Shown here piece after piece: positions 1-8,791 of a DNA stretch of 60,043 nucleotides; the first letter of the stretch is position 1, and every line of letters starts with the position of its first letter. The notes beneath the pieces were generated by a model that made no database searches, was not told where the DNA came from, and saw nothing but the letters and a program-made list of their open reading frames with translations. Source of the DNA: a bacterium UBP6_UBA1177 (GTDB lineage: Bacteria; UBP6; UBA1177). The translations under genes and the position numbers were made by a program. The stretch covers positions 25,635 through 85,677 of the forward strand of contig DBYV01000044.1 of assembly GCA_002310995.1 (NCBI GenBank), in the 5' to 3' direction.

Positions 1-603
1 TTTCTCTTCTTTCGGAGCCGGTGCCGAATTCTGCTTTAGAGCTTCCTTGAAAATTTTCGGTGCAGCTTCGGGTTTTCCGCTTTTTTCTTCCGGGATTCTC
101 AGGCAGCCCTGGCACTTTCCCATCTCGCATGAAATCTGGCAGTATCTGAAAGCATCGCTTCTTTCAACCGAAACTTCATCGTAAATGACAAGTTTAAGGG
201 CGATTCCCTTGACCCACGCCGTTTTTTTCCCGTCTTTGTTCTCCTCTTTAAGCATTGTGATGATCATTCCGTCTGCATTTGAGTTTTGAATCGCGTTGAA
301 TGCGGCAAGTTTTGCAAGCGGGGAGAGCTTTTCGACATCGACTGCGGAATTTTTTGAAAAAAGATTGAGCTTCATTCCGCTAGCTTCTTCCAAACTTACA
401 GCCTCTTTTGTTTTGTTGTCGGCCTTTCCCTCGATAAAACCTTGAACCTGAAACCCGATTTCGATCGGGCGCGACCAGACATGCATCGCCTCGGGAGCGA
501 GTTTTGCTTCCTTTGAAACACTCATGGTCGAAATCTGCGAAGCGCATGAGCAGAGCATTGTGAAAATAACCGCGACAAGTGTGAATCTGAAAAATCTTTT
601 CAT
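1..603 (-). CDS. Putative lipoprotein, partial (runs off the left edge of the window)
   Basis: Not in the ORF track. Manual translation from ATG at 603 gives MKRFFRFTLVAVIFTMLCSCASQ (signal with lipobox-like Cys), with a GGAGG RBS upstream. The frame is still open at position 1. Confidence 0.7.
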   Translation of the reverse strand, partial: MKRFFRFTLVAVIFTMLCSCASQISTMSVSKEAKLAPEAMHVWSRPIEIGFQVQGFIEGKADNKTKEAVSLEEASGMKLNLFSKNSAVDVEKLSPLAKLAAFNAIQNSNADGMIITMLKEENKDGKKTAWVKGIALKLVIYDEVSVERSDAFRYCQISCEMGKCQGCLRIPEEKSGKPEAAPKIFKEALKQNSAPAPKEEK

Positions 604-786
604 CTTTTCCTCCAATAAAAAATAGTAAAAGTTGCGCTCATAACCTTTATTAAGCGCTTTTCGTAGATGTTTAACACAATGGGTTGGGCATATATCGCCC
701 GAATGCGGATTTTTTGGAGGAATATATTGCCAAATAGTGAAAAATAAGCGATAAAGCCGCCGTGTTGACCTGATTCGGAGGCATCC

Positions 787-981
787 ATGACAAAAATCAA
801 CGGAAAAACCGAGGATCTTGCCGGGCTTAACATTGCCGAAATTGTTGAAAAATTCGGCTATAACCCGGCACGTGTGGCGGTCGAGCTCAACGGAAACATC
901 GTTCCGAAAGCGAAATATGCCGAAACTGTCGCAGGAGAGGACGATGTTATTGAAATCGTAAGTTTTGTGGGGGGCGGTTAG
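787..981 (+). CDS. thiS: Sulfur carrier protein ThiS
   Basis: 64 aa, RVAVELNG motif, C-terminal VSFVGGG; first gene of a thi cluster. Confidence 0.95.
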   Translation: MTKINGKTEDLAGLNIAEIVEKFGYNPARVAVELNGNIVPKAKYAETVAGEDDVIEIVSFVGGG

Positions 982-1617
982 ATGATCCCTTCAAAAGAAG
1001 AGTTTTTCAACGGCCTTGCTGCAAAACACGGGGCAGAACTTCAGAAAAAATTCGAGGCAGCTTCTGTTGCTGTCTGCGGTGCGGGCGGGCTCGGTTCGAA
1101 TATCGCGATCGCTCTGGCGAGAGCAGGGGTCGGGCGACTTAAAATTATCGATTTCGATAAAATTGAAATCACAAATCTGAACCGTCAGCAGTATTTTGCA
1201 GACCAGATCGGTTTGTTCAAAGCCGTTGCTTTGAAAGAAAATCTCTCAAAAATCGCCCCTTACTGCGAAGTTACGGCTGAAACTGTAAAAATCACCGAAG
1301 AAAATGTTACAAAACTTCTTAAAGGTTTTCCGATAGTCTGCGAAGCTTTCGACAAGGCCGAGGCTAAGGCGATGCTCGTTAACACGGTTCTTGAAAATAT
1401 GCCTGAGACTTATCTTGTTTCGGGTTCGGGAATGGCAAGTCTCAACTCAGCCAATCTCATAAAAACGAGAAAAATTACTGACAAATTCTATCTCTGCGGC
1501 GATATGGAAAGCGATGTCGATGCAGGAAACGGCCTTTTCGGAGCGAGGGTCCTTGTCTGCGCCGCGCATCAGGCTCATACTATTCTGCGGATCATCGCAG
1601 GCAAATTTGAAGCATAA
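982..1617 (+). CDS. thiF: ThiS adenylyltransferase ThiF
   Basis: VAVCGAGGLGS nucleotide-binding motif, DFDKIEITNLNRQ; adjacent to thiS. Confidence 0.93.
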   Translation: MIPSKEEFFNGLAAKHGAELQKKFEAASVAVCGAGGLGSNIAIALARAGVGRLKIIDFDKIEITNLNRQQYFADQIGLFKAVALKENLSKIAPYCEVTAETVKITEENVTKLLKGFPIVCEAFDKAEAKAMLVNTVLENMPETYLVSGSGMASLNSANLIKTRKITDKFYLCGDMESDVDAGNGLFGARVLVCAAHQAHTILRIIAGKFEA

Positions 1618-1626
1618 GGAGGAAAA

Positions 1627-2376
1627 ATGAACGATTTCGCAAAATTCAAAAAAATCGACGCACACTCTCACATCGGCTTTTTCGGAAGCCCGTTCAATGT
1701 CAATTTCGATGCCGGGATGCTGGAAAAACAGATGTCGGACTACAACATCGAAAAAACTATCCTCTGCCCGGCGGCGCACACGCTGAACGAGGAGCTCAAC
1801 GCCGCTTTCAAAAAGATGCCGGACAAAATAATCCCGCTCTGCTGGGTCAACGCGAATCTCGGTCAGGCGGCTTACGACATGCTTGAGCATTATCTGCGCG
1901 ACGAAAAGTTCGCCGGAGTCAAGATGCAGCCTCTTTTCGACGCTTTTACAGCCGATTCGCCTATGGTCGATCCGATAATGGAGATCGCGAAGAAATACAA
2001 TAAACCTGTCTTTATCCACTGCGGTCATCCGCCGTTCTCGCTTCCGTGGCAGATAGGTCTTTTGGCCGAGCGTCATCCCGAAGTTCCGACAGTTATGATC
2101 CACATGGGACACGGTCACGGCGTTTACATCGACGGAAGCATCACGATGGCGAAAAAGTTCGACAACCTCATGCTTGAATGTTCGGGAATGCCGATGGGCT
2201 GCCAGATCAAAAATGCCTACGAAACTGTCGGCAGCGGGCGCGTGATGTTCGGTATCGATTCGCCGTTCCACCATCCGACAGTCGAGATCCAGCGCGTCAT
2301 GTCATGCGGCCTCGGCGATTCTCAGCTTGAAGATGTTTTCTACAACAATGCCGCGAAATTTATGGGAATTAAGTAG
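1627..2376 (+). CDS. Amidohydrolase family protein (Amidohydro_2-like TIM barrel)
   Basis: IDAHSH metal motif, PVFIHCG, MIHMG, VMFGIDSP; AGGAGG RBS. Confidence 0.85.
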   Translation: MNDFAKFKKIDAHSHIGFFGSPFNVNFDAGMLEKQMSDYNIEKTILCPAAHTLNEELNAAFKKMPDKIIPLCWVNANLGQAAYDMLEHYLRDEKFAGVKMQPLFDAFTADSPMVDPIMEIAKKYNKPVFIHCGHPPFSLPWQIGLLAERHPEVPTVMIHMGHGHGVYIDGSITMAKKFDNLMLECSGMPMGCQIKNAYETVGSGRVMFGIDSPFHHPTVEIQRVMSCGLGDSQLEDVFYNNAAKFMGIK

Positions 2377-2465
2377 ATTTTCCCGATTTGTTGATAAATA
2401 CAAAAAAAAGAGTGATAAAGCACCGCTGCGTGTTATCGCAGGAGATTTGATCGTTAGGAGGAAAG

Positions 2466-3239
2466 ATGAATAAAAGTGACAAACTCGTTATCGCGGGGCA
2501 TGAGTTTTCGTCCCGTTTCATTCTTGGTTCGGGCAAGTATTCGATGAAACTTATCGAAGCTGCGGTGAAGTATGCAGGTGCGGAAATCATCACGCTTGCC
2601 GTCAGACGCGCCAATTCCAAGGAACATGAAAGCATTTTAGACTATATTCCGAAAGGTGTCACGCTGCTTCCCAACACTTCGGGAGCTAGAAATGCAGAAG
2701 AAGCAGTCAGGATCGCGAGACTTGCGAGAGAGCTCGGCTGCGGCGATTTTGTCAAAATCGAGATCATGCGCGACACGAAATACCTCCTTCCCGACAACGC
2801 TGAAACGGTAAAAGCGACTGAGATCCTTGCAAAAGAGGGTTTTGTCGTAATGCCTTACATGTATCCCGACCTCAACACGGCGCGCGATCTCGTGAACGCA
2901 GGTGCCGCTTCAGTCATGCCGCTCGCTTCTCCGATAGGCTCAAACAAAGGGCTCTGCACACGCGATTTCATCCAGATCCTGATTGACGAAATAGACCTTC
3001 CGATAATCGTCGATGCAGGGATCGGCCGCCCGTCGCAGGCATGCGAGGCTATGGAAATGGGTGCCGCGGCGATAATGTCGAACACCGCTCTTGCGACTGC
3101 CGGAGACCTTCCGATGATGGCCGACGCTTTCAGAAAGGCGATAGAAGCCGGCAGACAGGCTTATCTTTCAGGTCTCGGCAGAGTTCTTTCGCGCGGCGGC
3201 GCACCCTCTGACACTCTTATCGGATTTTTGCACGATTAG
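2466..3239 (+). CDS. thiG: Thiazole synthase ThiG
   Basis: [42 protein letters not shown] motifs. Confidence 0.97.
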   Translation: MNKSDKLVIAGHEFSSRFILGSGKYSMKLIEAAVKYAGAEIITLAVRRANSKEHESILDYIPKGVTLLPNTSGARNAEEAVRIARLARELGCGDFVKIEIMRDTKYLLPDNAETVKATEILAKEGFVVMPYMYPDLNTARDLVNAGAASVMPLASPIGSNKGLCTRDFIQILIDEIDLPIIVDAGIGRPSQACEAMEMGAAAIMSNTALATAGDLPMMADAFRKAIEAGRQAYLSGLGRVLSRGGAPSDTLIGFLHD

Positions 3240-3248
3240 AAGGCTGAA

Positions 3249-4502
3249 ATGGATAACAACTATTTTGTAGATTCAAAAAAACTTTCAAAAGAGGCTCTTG
3301 CGAAAAAGCACGAGCTTGAGACAAATCCGGCGTCACGCGCCGATATAATGGAATATCTTCCGGGAATGGAAAAGATCGATTCCGACATTTCCGCGAAAGT
3401 TCTTGCCGAAGTCGATTCTTACGATCCCGATTCATACACAGCGGCAGATGTTAGACGCGCTCTTGACCACACAAACCGCACAGTCGAAGACTTGAAGGCT
3501 CTTCTTTCACCCGCGGCCGACAGATTTCTTGACGAGGCGGCACATCTTGCCTCAATCGAAACACAGAACCACTTCGGTAACACGGTTTACTTCTTTACGC
3601 CGCTATATATCGCAAATTACTGCGAAAATTACTGCGTTTACTGCGGTTTCAACTGCTACAACGATATCCGCCGCATGAAACTCGACATGGAGCAGATAGA
3701 GCACGAAATGAAGATAATCGCCGAGAGCGGAATGGAGGAAGTGCTCATCCTGACAGGCGAAAGCAGGTCAATGAGCAGCCTCGAATACATCGGTGAAGCG
3801 TGCAGGCTGGCACGGAAATATTTCAGGATGGTCGGCGTCGAAGTTTATCCGCTGAATGTCGATGAATACAAGTATCTCCACGAATGCGGAGTCGATTACG
3901 TCACCGTTTTTCAGGAGACTTACGACAAAGTGCGCTTCGAAAAGCTCCATCTCAGAGGTCACAAAAGGGTCTGGCCGTACCGCTTCGATTCGCAGGAAAG
4001 GGCGCTAATGGGCGGAATGAGGGGAGTCGCGTTCGCAGCTCTGCTAGGGCTTTCCGATTTCAGAAAAGACGCTCTGGCGACGGCACTTCACGCATATTTC
4101 ATCCAGAGAAACTATCCTCAGGCAGAAATTTCACTTTCGTGCCCGCGTCTCAGACCTATCATCAACAACGAAAAGATAAATCCGCTCGACGTTCACGAAA
4201 GACAGCTCTGCCAGATACTCTGCGCATACAGGCTTTTCCTGCCGTTTGCCGGGATCACCGTTTCGTCGCGTGAAAGCAAATCCTTCAGAAACGGCATCGT
4301 GAAGATCGCAGCGACCAAAATCTCGGCCGGAGTTTCGACCGGAATCGGCGACCACGAAAGCAAATACACCGGAAAAAGCGCTGAAACAGCCGAAGGCGAC
4401 GAACAGTTCGAGATCAACGACAGCCGCAGCCTCGAAAAAATGTATGAAGACATGTCGGAAGAGGGGATGCAGCCGGTTCTAAACGATTATATCTACCTGT
4501 AA
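3249..4502 (+). CDS. thiH: 2-iminoacetate synthase ThiH (radical SAM)
   Basis: FFTPLYIANYCENYCVYCGF (CxxxCxxC), VFQETY, KISAGVSTGIG; follows thiG. Confidence 0.95.
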   Translation: MDNNYFVDSKKLSKEALAKKHELETNPASRADIMEYLPGMEKIDSDISAKVLAEVDSYDPDSYTAADVRRALDHTNRTVEDLKALLSPAADRFLDEAAHLASIETQNHFGNTVYFFTPLYIANYCENYCVYCGFNCYNDIRRMKLDMEQIEHEMKIIAESGMEEVLILTGESRSMSSLEYIGEACRLARKYFRMVGVEVYPLNVDEYKYLHECGVDYVTVFQETYDKVRFEKLHLRGHKRVWPYRFDSQERALMGGMRGVAFAALLGLSDFRKDALATALHAYFIQRNYPQAEISLSCPRLRPIINNEKINPLDVHERQLCQILCAYRLFLPFAGITVSSRESKSFRNGIVKIAATKISAGVSTGIGDHESKYTGKSAETAEGDEQFEINDSRSLEKMYEDMSEEGMQPVLNDYIYL

Positions 4503-4516
4503 ATCATGAGACGTTT

Positions 4517-6454
4517 CTACGGAACGGGCTGATTTTCCGAATTTTTCTCAAGTTCGATACTTTTTTCTTCCCATTTTTCCATGAGTTCAAGAAGTTCATC
4601 CTCGATTTTGCCGAGTCTTGAGGCAAGTACAGGATCGAATGACGTGGAAATTTTGTCGCAGATCTCCTGCTTTTCCTTTTCTAATGAATCTATTTTATCC
4701 TGAAGAGTTTCGATTTCTTTTTTCAGTTTATTCATACGGTTACGGATTTCTTTCTGCTGGGCGAAGTCGATTTTTCCTTTGACTTCTTCAGTTTTGGGAG
4801 CGGCTGTTTTCGGTTTTTCCGTCGCAGTTTCTTCTGAAATCGTTTCGTGACCGTACATATCGAGATATTCGCTGTAGCTCCCTTCGAAATTGAAGATGTC
4901 ACCGCGTTTCCGGAAGTAGACTATCGAAGTCGCGAGGGAATTGATGAAGTGGGAATCGTGTGAAACAAAGATGATCGTTGCCGGAATGCTTTTCAAAGTG
5001 CTTAGAAGGATCTCTTTCGAATCGATGTCGAGGTGTGTCGTGGGCTCGTCGAGAAGGAGAAGGTTGCCCGGAATCATTATGAATTTGATGAAGGCGAGGC
5101 GCACTTTCTCTCCGCCGCTGAGAACCGCGATTTTTTTGTCCCAGTCGTCTTCGAAAAAGAGGAAACAGCTCAAAATATTTTTGATTTTTGTCATCATTTC
5201 AAAAGGAGCGATCGATTCGACAAATCCCTGGACTGTCATGTCGGCAGGAAGTTTCGAGATCTCGTGCTGCCTGAAGTAGCAGATATCGATTCCGGCGCCG
5301 ATTTTGCATATTCCTGCAGTCGGCTGAAGTTCCTGGCCGATGATATTGAGAAGTGTCGATTTGCCGAAACCGTTTCTTCCGACGAGGGCGATCCTTTCGC
5401 CGCGGCGCACGATCCTTTTGTAGTTTGAAATGACTTCCAAATCACCGAATTTATGGGTTATGCCGCTTAGTTCCGCAACGATTTCGCCTCCGCGCTTGGG
5501 TTCGGGAAGGCGGAAAGTCATGGTCGGAGCCTTCTGGGGCAGAACGATGAGCTCGCTTTTGAGTTTTTCCAGCATTTTCAGCTTCGACTGCGCAAGGGCT
5601 GCGTGAGCCGCGTTCGTGTGGTTTTTGTCGTAGTAATCCTGCAGGTCCCTGATCTCAACAAGCTGTTTCTCGCGCTGCTTTTCCAAAAGTGCGATCTTCG
5701 CTTCTCTTTCCTTGAGGTAAAAATCGTAGTTTCCCTTGTAGATCGTAATTTCGCCGTTAAAAATTTCCCAGGTCTCTTCCGCGACATCGTTGAGAAAATC
5801 CCTGTCGTGCGAAACGAGAAGGACCTGCCCGTCAAACCTTTTGAGCCAGCCGGCAAGGAAGTCGATCGTGACGATATCGAGATAGTTTGTGGGCTCGTCA
5901 AGCATGATGATGTCGGGTTCTTTGACAAGAACGCGGGCAAGGGCGATCCTCATCTGCCAGCCGCCGCTCATAGTTGAAGCCGGTTTTTCCCATTCGCTTC
6001 TTTCGAAACCAAGGTTGAGAAGAATATTTTCGACAGAGTTTTTCTGCTTTGCCTTAACTTCAAGTCTGTGAATTTCTTCAATAATTTCGTTAAGCCGGAT
6101 GAGCAGTTTCTCGTCAGGTTCTTTCGATGAATCGATCTTTTCGATTATAGCAGCCTGTTCCGAGTGGAGCGATTCAAGTCTGCTTGAATCAAGTCCTGCC
6201 GCTACTTCTTCAAAAACCGTCCCTTTGAAATGGTAGACCGCCTGTTGCGGCAGATATTCGATGACGGCATTCTTTTTGAAAGTTATTTCGCCCGAATCGC
6301 AGTATTCCGCACCCGAAATTATCTTCATCAGAGTCGATTTGCCCGATCCGTTTTTACCGACAAGAGCCGTTATGTGCTTCGAAAGCGGAAGACTTACGTT
6401 GTCGAGGATCGTCTGACCTGAAAACTGTTTTGAAATCCCTTTAAGTAAAAGCAT
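4517..6454 (-). CDS. ABC-F family ATP-binding protein
   Basis: Two ABC domains (GKNGSGKST...MSGGW...LDEPTN; GRNGFGKST...LSGGE...LDEPTT), no transmembrane segments, C-terminal coiled coil. Confidence 0.93.
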   Translation of the reverse strand: MLLLKGISKQFSGQTILDNVSLPLSKHITALVGKNGSGKSTLMKIISGAEYCDSGEITFKKNAVIEYLPQQAVYHFKGTVFEEVAAGLDSSRLESLHSEQAAIIEKIDSSKEPDEKLLIRLNEIIEEIHRLEVKAKQKNSVENILLNLGFERSEWEKPASTMSGGWQMRIALARVLVKEPDIIMLDEPTNYLDIVTIDFLAGWLKRFDGQVLLVSHDRDFLNDVAEETWEIFNGEITIYKGNYDFYLKEREAKIALLEKQREKQLVEIRDLQDYYDKNHTNAAHAALAQSKLKMLEKLKSELIVLPQKAPTMTFRLPEPKRGGEIVAELSGITHKFGDLEVISNYKRIVRRGERIALVGRNGFGKSTLLNIIGQELQPTAGICKIGAGIDICYFRQHEISKLPADMTVQGFVESIAPFEMMTKIKNILSCFLFFEDDWDKKIAVLSGGEKVRLAFIKFIMIPGNLLLLDEPTTHLDIDSKEILLSTLKSIPATIIFVSHDSHFINSLATSIVYFRKRGDIFNFEGSYSEYLDMYGHETISEETATEKPKTAAPKTEEVKGKIDFAQQKEIRNRMNKLKKEIETLQDKIDSLEKEKQEICDKISTSFDPVLASRLGKIEDELLELMEKWEEKSIELEKNSENQPVP

Positions 6455-6475
6455 GAAAACCTCCGAAAGCGAAGC

Positions 6476-6503
6476 ATTTTAAAAAAAAAAGATGCTAAAT
6501 CAA
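6476..6503 (-). promoter_or_regulatory. Sigma70-like promoter for the ABC-F gene
   Basis: TTGATT-N16-TAAAAT on the minus strand. Confidence 0.55.
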
Positions 6504-6534
6504 CTCCGTTTTCTTAATTTTGTGCTATTTTGTA

Positions 6535-6562
6535 TTTACAAATAATATGATTTAGCTAAAAT
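6535..6562 (+). promoter_or_regulatory. Sigma70-like promoter
   Basis: TTTACA-N16-TAAAAT, then aatGCGGTTTTTTT and a GAGGAG RBS. Confidence 0.6.
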
Positions 6563-6588
6563 AATGCGGTTTTTTTGAGGAGAGAAAA

Positions 6589-7923
6589 ATGAAGTTTTCA
6601 GCTTTGATTTCCGTTTTGTTTATTTGTTTCGTTTTTGCGGCATGTGCTTCTGATGAAGAAGAAGCTACTTGCGTTACTGCTTTTGACTGCCCTGACGGCT
6701 ATTCGTGTGTAGATTCTGTCTGCCAGCCTCAGTCTGCAGAATCGGATAGTGATTCCGATGATGTTTCTGACACTTCTGATACATCCGAACCTCCGTCAAC
6801 GGGTGATTCAGATGATGTTTTGCCTGGAGAAGATAGTGATGTGCCGGAAATACCGGACGATATTCAAGGTTGTCCGAATGCTTGCAGTGGTTTCGGCGAG
6901 TGTGATTTCGAAAAAGGAAAATGCGTATGCAATGAAACTCATGGCGGCGAAGATTGTTCTGAATGTGCCGAAGGTTATCATTTGGAAGCTGAAGGCGACG
7001 ATGAAGACGGAAATCCAGATGTCCGCTCATGCGTAGTCAACATGACATGCGAACCAAATCCGTGCAACAACAACGGCTGCAAAGAAGAGGGTGACACGGT
7101 TAAATGTACATGCACTGCTGCAAGCCATGCTGCAGGAAGATGGTGCGAAGAATGCGTTGAAGGTTATGCAAAAAGCAATGTCGATGGCACATGCAAAGAG
7201 GATTGTTCTAAAAAAAACTGCACGGCACCGCAAAAATGCGGAATGGATTACACAACCAATGAAGCAAGCTGTAACCAATGTGAAAACGAGTTTTATTCCG
7301 GCGCTGACTGCAAAAGCTGTGATGCGGCTCACTTCTGTAACGGTCACGGAACGGCGTGTGTTGTTGAAGGCGGTACTGAAAAATGCACTTGTGAAACTGC
7401 TTATCAAGGAGCACAATGTAATACCTGCGCTCCTGGATATGCGTTGAAAAACGGTGAGTGCGTTAAAGCTTGTACTGCAGAGCAATGTTTTACGGATTTT
7501 TCCTGTGTGCTTTCTGATAACACTTACAATGTAAAAGGGCATTGTAATATTTCGACTTGCGAATGCGAACAAGGCTGGTCAACAAAAGGTTCAGGAGAAA
7601 CTGTTAATTGCACAGACTCTACCGGTTTTCTTGTATTGGATAGCCGTAGCAATGTTATGTGTACGGTTTGCAATATAGACAATCCGCCTTTGGAATATAA
7701 CACGACAGGTTGTCCGACAGATTGTCCAAGCGGATTCTGCGACGACAACAATTTATCTTCTTTGGGATTTATTAACGGTCAATGCTACACTGAACCTGTT
7801 ACTCATAAAGTTGCATGTGATTGTTCCGTTATGGGTATGGGTATGTTTGGCACAATGGGCGGAACCGGCAGCAAATACTATGATGACAATCCGACTGGTC
7901 AGTGCGGCGGTGATTCCAACTAA
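6589..7923 (+). CDS. Cys-rich lipoprotein with EGF/laminin-like repeats
   Basis: Signal ending FAAC, acidic linker, repeats such as CSGFGEC...CVCNETHGGEDCSECAEGY. Confidence 0.8.
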   Translation: MKFSALISVLFICFVFAACASDEEEATCVTAFDCPDGYSCVDSVCQPQSAESDSDSDDVSDTSDTSEPPSTGDSDDVLPGEDSDVPEIPDDIQGCPNACSGFGECDFEKGKCVCNETHGGEDCSECAEGYHLEAEGDDEDGNPDVRSCVVNMTCEPNPCNNNGCKEEGDTVKCTCTAASHAAGRWCEECVEGYAKSNVDGTCKEDCSKKNCTAPQKCGMDYTTNEASCNQCENEFYSGADCKSCDAAHFCNGHGTACVVEGGTEKCTCETAYQGAQCNTCAPGYALKNGECVKACTAEQCFTDFSCVLSDNTYNVKGHCNISTCECEQGWSTKGSGETVNCTDSTGFLVLDSRSNVMCTVCNIDNPPLEYNTTGCPTDCPSGFCDDNNLSSLGFINGQCYTEPVTHKVACDCSVMGMGMFGTMGGTGSKYYDDNPTGQCGGDSN

Positions 7924-8008
7924 CAGTTTTATCCTCACTTCTTCTTAAGATCTTAAAAAATCAATGTTGCTTAAAATTTAAGGGTATTATTCTTTTTTAC
8001 TTTTTTTC

Positions 8009-8036
8009 TTGACCTTTTAAATTTAAGGTATATAAT
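8009..8036 (+). promoter_or_regulatory. lexA promoter with overlapping inverted repeat ACCTT-N8-AAGGT (8012-8029)
   Basis: TTGACC-N16-TATAAT; palindrome overlaps the -35 box and spacer. Confidence 0.65.
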
Positions 8037-8068
8037 CGCCTGATTTATGTTTTTTTATGAGGTGAAAA

Positions 8069-8716
8069 ATGAAAACGTCGAATCGGAACGAACTTACAGA
8101 ATCTCAGGCAAAAGTTTTAAAAACAATCAATGATTTTATTGAAGAAAACGGCTATTCTCCGACTGCTAAGGAGATTTCAGAAATTCTGCACATCACGCAG
8201 ACTTCGGTTTTTGAGCAGCTTGAAAGGCTTGAGAAAAAAAGGTATATAACCCGCCAGAAAGGTGCCGCAAGAACTATCGGTCTTCTGAATCAGCCTGAAA
8301 ATGAAAAGCCTGCCAAAAAGAGCGATGCCGTAAAACTGGTCAAGGTTCCTGTCATCGGAACTATTGCTGCCGGTGTTCCGATTTTTGCCGATGAAAACAT
8401 GGACGGCGAGATTCTTGTCGATGAAAGCAATATCGGGAAGGGGAGGTTCTTTGCTCTTCGTGTCAGAGGCGACAGTATGATAAACGCCGGAATCAACAAC
8501 GGCGATTTAGTTATAATAAAACGTCAGCCGCTTGCCGAAAACGGAGATATCATTGCTGCTCTTATAGACAGCGAGGCTACTTTGAAACGTCTTTCGCTTG
8601 ATAACGGCGAAGTATTTCTTCTTCCGGAAAACGAAAAATATTCTCCGATAAACGTGACATGTCGTGAAGATTTCAGAATTCTAGGCAAAATGGTTACGGT
8701 GGTTACTGTTTTGTAG
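8069..8716 (+). CDS. lexA: Transcriptional repressor LexA
   Basis: N-terminal wHTH (GYSPTAKEI), Ala-Gly cleavage site IAAGVP, catalytic Ser (VRGDSM) and Lys (ATLKR). Confidence 0.92.
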   Translation: MKTSNRNELTESQAKVLKTINDFIEENGYSPTAKEISEILHITQTSVFEQLERLEKKRYITRQKGAARTIGLLNQPENEKPAKKSDAVKLVKVPVIGTIAAGVPIFADENMDGEILVDESNIGKGRFFALRVRGDSMINAGINNGDLVIIKRQPLAENGDIIAALIDSEATLKRLSLDNGEVFLLPENEKYSPINVTCREDFRILGKMVTVVTVL

Positions 8717-8734
8717 TTCTCTCTTAACTTCTGT

Positions 8735-8762
8735 TTGACAACCTTATAAATATAGTTAAAAT
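8735..8762 (+). promoter_or_regulatory. Sigma70-like promoter for the porin gene
   Basis: TTGACA-N16-TAAAAT, then tagCGGTTTTTTT. Confidence 0.65.
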
Positions 8763-8791
8763 TAGCGGTTTTTTTGTGAGGTGTGACAACT

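Noticed and set aside
604-786. TPP riboswitch upstream of thiS
   Set aside because: Only ACCTGAT resembles the aptamer; the CTGAGA element and supporting stems are absent.
1447-2274. 275-aa minus-strand ORF
   Set aside because: Antisense shadow of the amidohydrolase and thiF genes; no recognisable motifs or RBS.
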